Assembly (NCBI GenBank): GCA_965649825.1 | Contig: OZ287697.1 | Coordinates: 583,635 to 647,634, forward strand | DNA: 64,000 bases | Direction: 5' to 3' | Origin: Penicillus capitatus | Lineage: Eukaryota; Plantae; Chlorophyta | In this document: positions 13,082 through 26,360 of the stretch, piece after piece | Layout of the letters: the number at the start of each line of letters is the position of its first letter | Position numbering within the stretch: the stretch's first letter is position 1 | Position numbers and translations under genes: made by a program | Notes under the pieces: model-generated | What the model saw: the letters and a program-made list of their open reading frames with translations, nothing else | Databases searched by the model: none | Told to the model about the DNA's origin: nothing

Positions 13082-14625
13082 ATGGTTCGTTTGCGGTGTG
13101 ATAGGTGCAATAGCGACGCAGCCGTCGTCAGTTTAGTTGGTTATAAGGAAACATATCTCTGCGAGATATGTGAAGGCAAGGCGGTGCAACCCCAGGCGAA
13201 AAACGCCGCTCCTTACAGACAACTGGCCAACCTTCTCAAACCTGACGTCCACAGTGACCCACTCGTGTGCGGAGTCTGCAAAGTGAGGCGACGCGTTGCG
13301 TCGACGTCTAACCTCCACCACGGCTCCAAACGCGCCGACTGCTGCAGATATCCCCGGCACGTGTGTTTTCTCCAAACGATGCCCAGGTATAGAATGTGTT
13401 GCCGCGTCTCGGTGCTGACGACGAACAGGTCTATTGTTGGCGGTGTAATGAACACGCAGAAAAAGAGGGAAACGTCGCGCCGCGGTTTCTCGTGTTCGGT
13501 ACGTTCTGGCGTCATGGAGGCAATGGTGTCTGATGGGACGGTGCAGGTATTCAGCTAAAGGGAGCGACGTTGCCAGAGGCAGAGGTCACGAGTGATGACC
13601 CAGAGCTCTTCTGTCGCTACTGGAATGCCGAGTCGGATTCCGATTCTATTCTTATCGAGAGTCTCCACAGGGCGATTCCGACGGTGTCTGCCAATTCGAG
13701 TCTCATCAGAAACGGCTCCGCTGAAGTGAAATCTTTTGCCACGTCGAAGTCGAACGACACAAATGAAACGCTGGGTGGGTACACAATACGGCGCAACCGC
13801 TAGCCTTCACGTGTGGCTGCTAGGAGGTGTCCTGACCCACGAGTATCCCTCTGAGTCCGATGCTGTGGACGGCACGATTCCTGATGGCGTAGTAGAGGGA
13901 GTAAGGCCTCTCTCTATTCTCCCAATGGGCCTTAGATGAACAACGGTATGTTTGTGTGTCCCTCGCAGTTTCCTTGTGGGACCATACCTGTCAGTGAGCT
14001 TCCTGGATATCATCGAAACAAAAGGCCGCGTGGGAATGGTCGGTTCAAGAAGAGGAAGAGTATTAAAAGCAGCGTGGAGCAAGTCAGCAGTCCAACACAA
14101 CGAAGATGCATGCATTGTGGAGTGCTGAAGACCCCTCAATGGAGAGCGGGTCCAAGCGGTCAAAAGACTCTATGCAATGCATGTGGTGTGAAGTGAGTGT
14201 CTTTTTCATTTCATGACCATCACGATCTGCACGGCAGCCATCCAACCGACCACTGCTCCTTGCCAATCTCTATCCCACCTGCATCGATATAACGCATGAT
14301 GAAAGAAAGATGATGAGATGGAAGGGACAGGAAGGCGTGGAAGGGAATGGAGTGGACTTGCCACACGCTCTCTTTCTTTGTCCGTCCTTCTTCTGACTGT
14401 ACTTACTTACTGTTTATAAATTTTTGTGCCATGGAGCGTTCTCCGTTTGTTGCTGTTAGATATAAAGCGGGTCGTTTGTCTGCTAGAGCTGCACGTGGGG
14501 CTGCTTCAGGGCGTGGTCGAGGTCGCGGAAGAGCAAGAAAATATCAACTTCTTCATCATCAACAACAACAACCACCTCAGCAGCAACAGCAACAGCAACA
14601 GCAATGCATGACATTGACACTCTAA
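13082..14625 (+). CDS. GATA zinc-finger transcription factor with N-terminal B-box-like Cys motifs and a polyQ tail
   Basis: [31 protein letters not shown]|YKAGRL is a canonical CX2CX18CX2C GATA finger. The N-terminus has CDRC...YLCEIC and CGVC. The internal exon structure is uncertain. Confidence 0.8.
14559..14604 (+). repeat. CAA/CAG polyglutamine tract
   Basis: The sequence caacaacaacaaccacctcagcagcaacagcaacagcaacagcaa is read directly. Confidence 0.9.
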
Positions 14626-15309
14626 TGGGACGAACGCAAGACAAGACGCTGTCCAATGATGATGATGGTGATGGACTCAGCTATCTTGACTCTCTTTGCA
14701 TGCAAAGCACCACCAACAACAACAACAACACCATTGGGAGAGATGCACGAGTGGCTTGAGATGAAGCATATATGGTTCGCAGCTTTTATTGGGGCTGAAT
14801 GGATGGATGCTGTGAAGAAGTTAGCAATGAACTGATATTTTTCAAAAGTAAAGGGAGGTTTCTTTGCTGCCACAGTAGTGAGAGAAAGTTGGAGGGATGT
14901 TGGTTGTTCCATCTTTTTGTTGCTTTTGCTTCTTTGTTTATATCAAGTTATGGATGTCTGGAGTGGGCAGGCAACAGCATCGGCACCACCTCCATCACCA
15001 TCTCCCTGTACTTTCATTTCATAGCCACGACCATCCCAATGGTTCAATTCTTCGTTGTCCTCTTTCTGGACAGCGATACAGAGATCAAAGACAGACAGCG
15101 ATACTTAATTCAACAACAGACCACTGCTCCCCTGCTGTGTGAGGATACATAGAAACGTAGCGCGCAGGGAGCGAGAAGTTTGAGCGAAGGGATGGTGCGC
15201 AAGGGCGTGATGTGACGGCAGGGAGGCGTCATCGCCGCGGGTTCAGTTGCGGACGGTAAAAGAATTGCATTTCACGAACGGGTCGCTGTTTCGATCATTC
15301 TGCGTTTCA

Positions 15310-18300
15310 ATGATGTCTTCTCGTTGCGCAACGCCTCCTCAAACGGCAGCCTCCATATCGCTGCACTGTCCCTCTCCCCTTCCGGCCTTTCGCAACCTAG
15401 GAACCGACCTCGCCGGTGTTATTTTTACCTGCACCGAGGATTCGCTCGATGACTGCCTTCGTGCCGGGGTCTTCGGTCTGCCGCGTACGCACTTTCAATA
15501 TGTGCAACACGTGCGGCCAAGTATGGTCCTATTTCTCTTCAACTTCAGCACACGCGAACTGCACGGCATCTTTCGAGCGATTACGGGAGGCAAATTAGAT
15601 AACGACCCAGTAGGGGTCAACCCAGAATGGGCAGCGAAGTTTCCAGCTCAAGTAAACCCACAGAAGCAACGAGACGCGTTTTGATGCTCTGCTGTCAAAA
15701 CAGGTTTATGTGGACACCTCCGATACGTACCCTCCTCTGCCCGAGAGTGCCTTCAGGCGTGTTATTGCTGAGAATTACGTGTCGAGCAACAGTGCTCAGT
15801 TCTCATTTGAGCTGGACATGGAACAGGTGGCGCGTCTGTCCGAAGCATTTAAGCAGTTTGCTGTGAATCGCACCACACCCGTTCCTCCTAGTGTTCCGCA
15901 GAACGTTCTGAGCAACTTCCCGGCACCATCGCCGTCCAATGCACCTCAGATGCTCGATCGGCCGTCTCAGGCATGGCTTAGTGAAAAGACACGTCGTTTA
16001 TCACCTGTGGGGAGACGTCATGGATTAGAATATCTGAGCTTTGGTCGGCCCAAGTCATCGATGGACTATCTCGGACATCAGCCGCCGCATTTTGAAACGG
16101 ATCTTGGTATTTTGGGAGGAACGGGCAGTCTGCAACCGCGACTCAGTATTGACGTCAATTCCTTGAGCAGTAGTCATTTGAATGCACTCAGTTCTCTCTT
16201 TGGCGCCAATACAACGGCCTCCACTCTGTTGGGAGGCGGCGCATCTGATCCATTGGCTGCGCAACAAGCACTTGGAGGAAATTCACGTCTCTTTCCCAAC
16301 GATGCGAGTAATTGGAAGGCAGAAGGCATGCCCTTTGCTGGATTGATGCCTCCTGCATCCGAAATGGCATCGCCTCAATTGTTCGGACAGACACAGATTG
16401 GTCTGGCACCCGACAATCCAACTGCTGCACCTCCGCGAATGTCGGTCGGGAGACTCTCACCTGGACATCTCTCTCCAGATTTGGACACCTGGAATGTCGA
16501 TACAGCCAATGCGTTTAAGATTGCAGCTCAGAGATTGACGCCAGATATCCATATCTCTCAAGCGGCAGCGAGCAACATCAGTGCCGAGGAACGCAGACGG
16601 TCCAACATTTGGCAAGTCAATTCGAAGGATATGGGATTGGTGGATGCACAGAAGTTCCTGTCTGGGATGTCGGGATTTCCTGAACTCCAGGATGCCTTGC
16701 ACGATGGCAGCGGCGGATTAAATGGACAGAGAACAGCCGAATTGGCAGCAGCTTTGCAGGAACCTTCTCGAGTTGAAGGATTGGATGCACTGTGGAGTGG
16801 ACCAGCCAATGCCTCCTGGAAACCACCACGTCCACACAGTTCAACAGACGGAGAAGTCCAGAGCCTAACACAGAACTTGCAAAACATGTGGTCAGATGCC
16901 AAAGTACAGGTGATAGCCGCCAGCCAGGCAGCCCAAGACATCTCTAACCGTGCTGCTGGCGGCACCTGTGTGTTTGTCTAGTTGACAGAGGTGGAAAGCG
17001 GTTCGGAACTGTTTCCTGTGAAGAGTGCATCCAGGGCATCACTTGGGAAAAATCTAAAGCAGCCAAAGGAGAATAATATCGACGAGTGCGATGAATCGAG
17101 CGATGCATCGCCGACGGAGTCTGCTGGATCTATGCAGGACCAAGTGAACATAGGTGTGCTTGAGGCAGAATCCAGACAGTATCAGTTCAATCGAGAAGGC
17201 CTCTATCCATTGGATGGCCTGCCCGACAAATCTGCACAGCAAACTGTACCAGGTCCAGGTGATTATTATCAGAGCAACGATATAGGACTCCCTCGAAGTA
17301 ATCGTGCCTCCCTTGGACGGCATTCGCTGGATGGTCTGTTGTGTTTGTTGCAGATGGGAAGCAGCTGCCTGTGGCGGATTCTGTGGCCGTGGAGCCCGGT
17401 CTGATGCTGCCAAATGCTCCGGCTATAGGTTTGGAGTTTGGTCTGGATGTCACTGGTCAGGAGACAGCTGCTTTTGATGAGGTCTCGAAACTGACGTTAG
17501 AAAACGAACAACTGAAAATAGAACGGAATCAGTTGCAAAAACAGCTTAACAGTGCGATGAAGAAGAAGCCTGTGGACTTTGCATCCTTTGGCATGAAATC
17601 TGGCGAAAGTCTGTTTTCGTTCATCTACACAGCCATCGTGATGTGACAGATGTCTTGTGCTGTTCAGGTGTCAACATGGACGTTTGCTTGATCGGCGGCT
17701 CAATGAACGCTTCTTCCCTCAAAGTAGTGAATTCAGATCGGTTAGACGAAATAAAGGAGATCACTCTCCCCGTGAGCCTTTGCCGTGGAGCATCGGCAGC
17801 GATCGGTCAACATCTCTTCTACATGGGCGGAGTTGCCATCGAAAATGGAAACCAACCTCTCTCCACTGCTTACCACATTGACATGAAACGAGGTCAGCAG
17901 CAGAGGGCTTCTGTGATGTATGTATGTATGTATTGCTTGCTTGCTTTCAGAGGATGATGATATTGTGAAGTCTTTGGCGCCCATGCAGACGACACGATCT
18001 TTTCTTGGGGCCGTCTCTGTTGGCATGAAAATCTTTGCGATCGGAGGCAGCAAAGATACGGGCCCGATGGAGACGGTCGAGATCTATGATCCTATTCGAG
18101 ATTGCTGGCAGATGGGCCCATCTCTCAACAGTTCCCGTCACAGCTTTGGTGCCACGGTGGTTAACAACATCATCTATGCTGTGGGGGGTCACTCTGAGAG
18201 GGGCACCATCCAATCTGTTGAGATGCTTGATTCGCGCGAGGGGCGTTGGATTCAGTTAGGAAGTCTCTCTTGGTCCAAGGCCGGTCTGGCGTGCTGCCCA

Positions 18301-18621
18301 GCAGAGTACCAACTCTTCGCTGTGGGTGGACACAACGGAAAATCGGTGCTGGCCACGGCCGAAATTCTGGATCTCAGAAAAGGCATTGTCATGGAATCGC
18401 TGACCATGACTGAACCGCGCCAATACGGAACGGCAACTTTGATTGGCGACAGCGTTTACATACTGGGAGGCGTGCAGACGATTGATGCCGACATAGCGCC
18501 TCAGTTTTCGCGTCCTGAGATCTATAACACACTGTCCAACACCACATCGATTGGCCCCCTCTCAGAACAGCTCTCTTTGGTTTTTCATTCGACCTGCTGT
18601 GTATCTTGTTCTCTCTATTGA
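15310..18621 (+). CDS. DCD-domain and Kelch-repeat protein
   Basis: LAGVIFTCTEDSLDDCLRAGVFGLP...LFLFNFSTRELHGIFRA is a DCD domain. A low-complexity linker and coiled coil follow, then Kelch repeats (IFAIGG...VEIYDP...W, IYAVGG, LFAVGG, VYILGG). Confidence 0.88.
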
Positions 18622-19055
18622 CCTGGATGTCGGGAGGGTATCGGCAGCATCTCAAGTGAGAACACTCTGCAACGACAGATGTTGATATTCATGGGACCAC
18701 CCCAGAAGAGAATATCCCCTTAGTTGCCCAGTGAACTGTGACTGTTACTATCCTTGTGTTGTGCGTTCGTTTTTTGAATGAGCTCACCCATCATTTCATT
18801 CAGTCTCTCTCACTTGCAGATCGAGAACAGGCTCGGACTGGCTGCTGTTCGATTTTTGTGGTACCTTATGAACCAAGTGTCATTAGTACCTTCCCAGATT
18901 CATGCGTTTGTTTATTTGTTGTTGTTGTTCGTTCGTTCAAGATGTGTAAGATGAGCTTGACTTCACTGAACCACGTTCTCCCTTCCTCTCGATACCTGTC
19001 ACATCAATCGAAAACGGCGGATCGCGTCGCATGGGCTTGCTTGCTTCCGCGCACC

Positions 19056-21209
19056 ATGTCCGATCCTCGCAGCATCTTCGTCCAACTTCTCTCGACCCTG
19101 CTACTCTTACTCACACCTCCCACACGTGGCGAGGTTCTCGAGGAGCTCGCGGCTTGGCATTCAATACCACAAGATGTCCTCAATGCGACACATCTAACGT
19201 CAGCACAGCTTGAGCTGCTGGGCGATATACGTTGGAGCAATGCTCTCGTCGATTCTCACAACCTGACTGTCTTCTCTGGCATACCGGAAGGCGTTGTATG
19301 CGAAAAAACATTATGGTAGACTACAGGTCACGTTAGATTTTGTGGCATCTCGGTTCCAGGTGCGACGATTTGGCATGCACGGAGGTTTGCAAAGGGGGCA
19401 GCGTTCAGTTAGAAGATTGGTTCATTCGTGCCATCAAATCTCAAGTCCTTTAACACTAGGCGACATGATGGGACATCCATTCTCCGCAGGTTGCTTTATC
19501 CAGAGATCTGCCATTATGCTTCGTCCAATGGCTGGGGACACACAACAGTGGAATCACGTTGGCAAATGGCTACGGGAATCACGATCCTTACTACACCCAA
19601 TTGCTCCGTCTTACCAAATGGGTAGCTTTACTTTCTCACACTTATAAATGTGTGACCTGAATGTTACTCGACAGAGCAGACACGCTGTCTTCAGGACACA
19701 TAACCAATGGTTCAGTCTTACAGATCAACTGAACATGGGAGTACGATTCCTGGAACTGGACGTGCATTGGGTCAAGGTGGTTTAGATGAGATGCCATAGG
19801 ACTACTACCTGCCGTTCACTGACACGCCCTCTCTAGGGAATGTTGAGAATCGCACATTGTGGTGGTCTATCGAATCGTTCCCTCAACTACCTTGCGTCTC
19901 TCGTCAATCTGGTCGCCATCCTCACGCAATCGCCCTTTCGATGGGATTCAGAGACATTGGGATGCTACCCAAGTGGAAGCTCCATAGCAGCAGAAGATCA
20001 ACGGTGCACTCCTGTACCTTGTTTGAACGTCAATGATCGGATGGCAGGCCACTGAATGAGACCATGAAAGAGGTGGCAGACTGGCTCCATCGCCCAGAGA
20101 ACCGCGACGAATTTCTCGTCATTCTGCTTGACGTACAATTGAATCTTGCCAATTGGGTAAAGCCTTTGCTCCGTTGCTCGATGGTATGCCTGGATTGTGG
20201 TATGATGCAGAAACTGCTGCCGCGACTACATCGTCAATTGACACAATTCATTCCTCCCGACTCGGTCTTCACGCCTCTTGATATGGCGAAACTGGGATTC
20301 CGTCATCTGCCGTCTGCCAATACATTGCTCCGGCATGGAAAACGTGTCATGTTTATGTCCACACAGTATTTTTCAAACATTGGAATACGTAGCTTTGTAT
20401 TCTACACTCGGTACATTGATTGCCATTATATGAATGCATAAAAGCCGATGTGTGGCTGTGGTGGTGGTATGGGGTGTTTAGAGAAGGGAAGATCTGCGAT
20501 TGGAGAGAACCACACTTGGAGGATTTGGATTTCGACAGATGTGTCATCCCTGCAGATCACACCAATCCAGAGAAAGCGACGATGATGGGACAGGTCTGCC
20601 GTGTCCAGGTCTGCGAGATCGAGTATGGACCCCTCTCTTGCAACCTGAAATTCGAGGACAATACGTAATGGAAACGAACACCTAAATCCCTTCCCATCTT
20701 CCTAACACGCTTTTAGGTTGGCACTCGATAGCGCCGTTCTGCAAAAGGCTTTTGCATGCGGTTTCAATTTGCCGTCACCGGATGGTCTGACACCAGATCG
20801 TGCCAAAGCTGCCATCTGGAGCTGGGCACCAGGTAAACCATCACCAGATCAGACAATCACGCCAGATCGACGCATCTGTGTAGGCCATCCGTATGTCCAA
20901 GACCATACGAGTGAGGGGCCAGTGTGGGAGGCAGTCATGCATTCATCGGACGGCCGTTGGCGCTCGACAGATGTCTCCCTTGCTGTCGAGCTGCCCATCG
21001 TCTGTCGTTCGAACCATTCTGCTGTGCACTTCATTTGGGATATACATCACCCCCACGCTGCCACCGATGCCCTCTGTAGAGACGGTTATGTTCCTGGAGC
21101 ACCCAGGCACGGGAAAGAAAACACACAGCTTCAGCATCTCTTACTTCAACGAGGCATTCCAGCAGCGAGATTGATTGGCGTGCAGAGCGCTGTACATTAC
21201 GAGCAATGA
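19056..21209 (+). CDS. Secreted PI-PLC X-domain-like phosphodiesterase
   Basis: Signal-like MSDPRSIFVQLLSTLLLLLTPPTRG, then HNQWFSLTDQLNMGVRFLELDVHW, LRIAHCGG and EVADWLHRPENRDEFLVILLD, typical of the PLC-like phosphodiesterase TIM barrel. Confidence 0.72.
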
Positions 21210-21573
21210 TGGGTGGTCTTTTCTGATAGAATTCTTCCGTCAACCATTTTCGTTAGATCTATCTTTATTTAGTCTTATCTATTCCATTCCGAAGACTCAC
21301 TTACCTTGTCCCTGCTGTTGGATGCTTTCAGATAACGACGTGGTTTGTACGGTGTGTATCATCATCAAGCATGTATGACGGACGAGTGTATTGAACACAA
21401 AGGCCCTTGGACTTTTAGAGAAAGACAGATAATGACCAGGACAGGAAGAACAGAAAATCGCGACGCCACCTCAGTCACGATCTTTGCTTCTTGTACGATA
21501 GCGTGACTCGGATTCCGAATCCGACCTGCATCCGACATCGACTGTCAAGATCATTCGAGGGAGATGGGAAGGT

Positions 21574-23919
21574 CTACGTTGCATAACGACGGCTTCGTCG
21601 CTCTTCGCGGTCACGTCCTCGAGAACGGTCCTTTGAGTAACCACGTCGTCGCATGTCTCTCTCGGCGCTTCGATCGCGTCTTCTCCGTTCCCGATCGCGT
21701 CGATCATCGTAGTCATCTCGGCGATGATTACGACCGAACTCTCGACTGCGATCACGATGGTGCGAGAACGAACGCGGATCGCCTTCGTAATCTCTGCTGC
21801 GCAATCGAGGATGCGATCGAGGTCGTTCTTCTTCGCGTTCGACACTGTGTCGTCTTCGATCTCGATCTCGATACGAAGGAGGTCCTTGCTCTCCAGACGA
21901 AAAGGTCTCGTGCATGAGGTGCTCAGGATAGCCAGACGATTTGACTTTTTCCACGTGATGTTCTGGGACGAGAGGCGGCGGTCGATCTTCTCGTCGGGTC
22001 CACTGCGGGTATTGTGTTGGACGATAGTCATCGTAGTATCTAGGAAGTGGTGGACGTCGCCCAGGTCGACGTGGACCTCCATAACCATGCCAATAGCGTC
22101 CACCTCTTCCTCCGTCTGGATGCGAACGACCATAGCCGCGTCCAGCCGGCCAATATTCAGGAGGCCCTCGAGGACGCCATCCTCTTCCCTGATAAAACGG
22201 ACGCCACGGATCGTGGGGAGGAGCATACGGATCGTACATCCGTCCGACATCTGGATAGGGAGGGGCACTGGCCCCCGGATACGACATCTTTTGTGCTGGC
22301 CAAGGTGCACTGGTCTGTTGAGGATCGGTTTCCATACCCATGGCCAGTTCACCCGGACGCACCATCTCCGTCTTTGACCGCTGATGGTCTTCAAAATCGT
22401 CATCATCTTTAAACATGGCTGCGGCTTCGTTCTTTGCAGCCACCTTGATCGAATCGTTTTCTTCTGTGGTCTTGCTTAGGGCACTGCCCTCTTCTGTCTT
22501 GGGAACAGTGGGTGCATAAGCAGTCGGCGTATTCTCGTGTCCACTCTTGTCTGGTGGTCTTGAATCCTGTGATTTGAGATCGCCGGGACCGAAGGAACCG
22601 ACGTAATCTTCTCCATAGTCTGCATTCACTCCTGTCGATGGCTCTATACCTCCGGCCAGTTCCAGTATCACTTCTGGATCGTATCGCACTTCTGGCCGTC
22701 GAAAATCTCTTCCTCTCTACAGAACAAACGGTTTGAGAAAAAAGGCCAAGTGCCAGACATAGAAATCAAACTCTGTTTCGCAGAGAGTAGTCGTCCGCTC
22801 CTTGAAAAACGGGAATGGGTAAGGCTTTCGTCACATCAGGGCCAGCTCCTGGCCGTGCGTGATAGGACTCAGCAGCAATTGCCGCCGCCACTTCTGGCGG
22901 CAAGTCAGGATCTTGATGATAGCCAACATTCGACGACTCATACGTCTGAATCTTCTTCTTCATCGAAAACTCCTGCCGATGACATTCAATTGCCTTACAG
23001 TATTCCTTCCAACTGGTTTCATCCAGTCCATAGTTGAAGAAGTCTGTTGTGTCTGCTCCTGGAGCCCTCCAAGGGGGATCCACCACACTGCAATGCCACC
23101 GTGCGTGACGAATGGGATACAGAATCCAAGAGGCGTACCGATCCAAGTCCAAATTGAAGATCTCGCCGTGGCCTAGTCCCAGAAACTCTTTATACTCATC
23201 CGGTGTCACCCGCGTCTGTCCAGGGAGCTTCAAAGCCTGATCCGGTGCTGCCCTGGTGGGAAATTCCGGTTCCAAATCTGGATTACATCCAGGAGGGACT
23301 GTGGTAGAGCACATGCATGTCTCATTTGGCTGTGTGGTGAACAGGACTCACTTCTCACAGCTCGGGCTCCTGTCGACGGTCCTGTCACATTTCGCCCGTG
23401 CATTGGTCCATGCGTTGACGGGGCAGACGGATGCAGTCCTCCCTGCCTTGGCATGGAGGGGGCTCCGTGATGTGACGTGGCCGTTTGACGGACCAGCATG
23501 GGTTCCCGTCGATTTGGCACAGGAGGCACCACCCAATCGGCCACCGGCACATTTCCTGGTGCTGTGTATCTTGGATCTGAGCTGCTCGGATCCAGAACAA
23601 TCGTAAACTCCTCCTGCCATTCACACCTGTCACATCGTCCCATATAAACAGCACAGCAATCGACCTTCTGAGGAGGAGAGACGCGGTGATTGGTGGCATT
23701 CACATTCGCTGCCAGACCAACAGTGGGTTCAATCTTCTCCTCGTCCACATCTAATGCCCATCAGTTGTCTCATCATCTCAAAGTGTCACGGAAATGACCT
23801 GGAAAGAGAGGTTCGTGTCCTAAGCTCTCCATCGTCTGCAGATCTGGTTTATGAAACGGCAGAGCAGGAGTCGGCGTCTCTTCGCCGAACAAGTCATTGT
23901 ATCCACTATCTGCTTCCAT
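21574..23919 (-). CDS. FIP1: Pre-mRNA 3'-end processing factor FIP1-like
   Basis: Fip1 motif IFNLDLD...PWRAPGADTTDFFNYGLDETSWKEYC, an acidic N-terminus and an RD/RE-rich C-terminus. Confidence 0.88.
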
Positions 23920-24493
23920 ATCGTTTTTTCCACGCTCATGTGTTCCGTACGACTGCAGCATCGGTCAGAGAGGTTCCGAACGGTGAACGTCATACCTGAG
24001 CCTGCATCCCTTCGGACTCTGAGCGCAGGGTTGAGCCGCCGCCTAAGAAGACACCGCTGTCTATCGTACATCCAGCTGAGAAGATAAGACGTCGACCTGC
24101 TGTGGTAAGGAAGCCCGTTGTGTTGAGGTGTGAAGGTAGACTTGGGAAGTCGCGGAAATCTTCTTCGTCCACCGCCGTGGGATTCATCGCTCGAATCCGT
24201 CTACGTCCGTGACGCGACACGGCGAACGTACCAACATGTTTGTCGGTTGCGCCGTCGATGATGCGACGGGCCCGACGCGCAGCGTGTATCAGAAAAGAGA
24301 GTGTCGGCCAAGCAGGTATCGGATCTCTTCGCATAGGAGCTGCCTGACGTCCTGCCTTCGCTGAACGTATTGCTCTCGCATCAACGAAGCACTCTATTAG
24401 CAAACGTCACATCTCTTCGGCTTCTGAGCAAAGCAGCAGCAGATCCATATCCGCCGCCTTCTCGACCAGGAATTAGACACATAAGGAACGCCG

Positions 24494-25687
24494 ATGACGA
24501 AGGTGCGCTTGGGATTGATTGGATGTGGGCGCATTGGACAAGTACGTGGGGAGACAGCTGAGATCGCATATCGATCTGTCCTGCTTAGTTTCATGCCCAG
24601 ACGATTGCAGCGTCGATGAAAGGCGTGCTTGGCTGGATCAGCGATGCCAATCCAGACGCCGCCCAGCAAGTGGCCGATATGCACGGCACACAGATTCTCC
24701 CAACCGACCAGCTTGATGCTGCTCTTCAGTCCACTCCCGGCGATGCTACTCACGTGGACGGTGTGCTCGTCTGTTCGCCGACGACCTTCCATCCGACACA
24801 AGTGGAGATGTGCCTGAAGCATCGGAAACCGGTTCTCTGTGAAAAACCTCTGACGGCTGATGTTTCGCGCCTTCGTCAGCTTTTCCATATGGCACAGGAG
24901 AAAGGCGTGTTTCTGCGCATCGGATATCAGCGTGTCTTCGATCGAGACATAGCCGAACTCATTACCCGTGTGCAGCGACACTGCAAGGAACACAATAGCG
25001 CACCGTGGTCGATCAGCATGCGATCTTATGACAGTCCCCTTGCACCACCCGAATACCTCAGGTGTGAGAAAGTGTGAGAATCGTGTCGTGGAGGATGGTG
25101 TGAATGTGTAGAGTCAGCGGTCCTGTATTTCTTGATGCGCTGTCTCATGATTTCCATGTCGCTTCATCGCTTCTATTTCCCGGAGACATCGTTGTATCTG
25201 CCCAATCCAGGGAAGTGCTTTTTGATGATGCCAGTCTTGGTGCACGGAACGCCGCTGCCATTTTCAGAACGGAACGCAACACGCTCATCACCTCAGAGTT
25301 CCATCGCGTTTCGCAATTCGTACGTTCGGATCCAGATGACAGGGACCACTCTCGATCTCTCTTCTTGATCAGGGGTATGATAATACCATTGATGTGACGT
25401 TTCCAGACAAGACCTTTCGTCTCCAAAGCCGTCCCAGATATTCCCTGACCGAAGCCGATGGCTCAGGAGTGCTGCGAAGCGCTGATTACGACACAGGATT
25501 CCTGACAAAATACGATTATGCCTATCGTGAAGAGATTGCCACTTTTCTTAAAGAAGTGGCTCAAGAGGGTCCCCTCAATCATCCACATCACATGGAAACC
25601 TGCCTCTCTACCATGCACATGGTCAAAATGGCGATCGATGGAGCGAAAACGGGGAACGAGATTCGTGCCCAACGCGATCAAGAATAA
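24494..25687 (+). CDS. Gfo/Idh/MocA family oxidoreductase (inositol 2-dehydrogenase-like)
   Basis: MTKVRLGLIGCGRIGQV, VLVCSPTTFH, KPVLCEKPL, LRIGYQRVFD and FLDALSHDF. Confidence 0.88.
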
Positions 25688-25723
25688 AAAGAATCGTCGT
25701 GTCTGAATGATCCACACTCGCTG

Positions 25724-26220
25724 TCAGTTCTTTGGCTTTCGGGGCTTTTTCTTGAAATCGTCCAGATTATCCGGTTCTTTAGAGGTGAGGGTGGGAACGA
25801 TCATAAGATCGCCCATATCTGGGTATTTTGCTCTGAATCGACTCAGAGGGCCATCGTCTTCCGTTGTCTGCGTCTGCTTTCCCTGAAAGAAAGGATGATT
25901 GCCTGACCAGATATCCACATGGTACTCCTCCTGTGTCCCACTCGTTGTCAACACATGCTCTCCTTTGCAGTACACCTGAAAAAACGCTCAGGGCGTGTCG
26001 ACGGTGTTGTTGTTGGACAACCTTGGCTTCCTTGAAGTACTCTGGATGAATGTCTTTCTTTCGCATAACGACACGCGCCGGACAGCAGCGAACCTGAAAA
26101 CGACAAACATGCCACGTCGTCGAAGGGCAAGACAGTCAATCCACATACAGGAAGTCGCTGAGACTGGGGCACGAGACACTTGCTCGACGGCAACACGGAT
26201 ACAGCCTGGGAGAGCGACAT
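25724..26220 (-). CDS. RPL31: Plastid 50S ribosomal protein L31
   Basis: Transit peptide from ATG 26220, then MRKKDIHPEYFKEAKV|YCKGEHVLTTSGTQEEYHVDIWSGNHPFFQG. Confidence 0.93.
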
Positions 26221-26360
26221 CCTCGACCAACTGATTGAAAAGACGTGCGTGGCGTTCAGACGTGTCCCATTAGACGTCATCGAAGAATGGGATGTAGCGA
26301 AAAGGGGTTTCATGTGGTTTTACGGTTAACATGATAGGTCAGATCGTTTTGTTGCTCCGG

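Noticed and set aside
14640-15150. CAA/CAT/GAT trinucleotide runs as a repeat array or CRISPR-like locus
   Set aside because: These are simple low-complexity UTR or intergenic sequence with no repeat-spacer periodicity. No CRISPR array, rRNA or tRNA was seen in the window.
21471-22412. Long overlapping ORFs in several frames within FIP1
   Set aside because: They are shadows of the RD/RE-rich low-complexity coding sequence.
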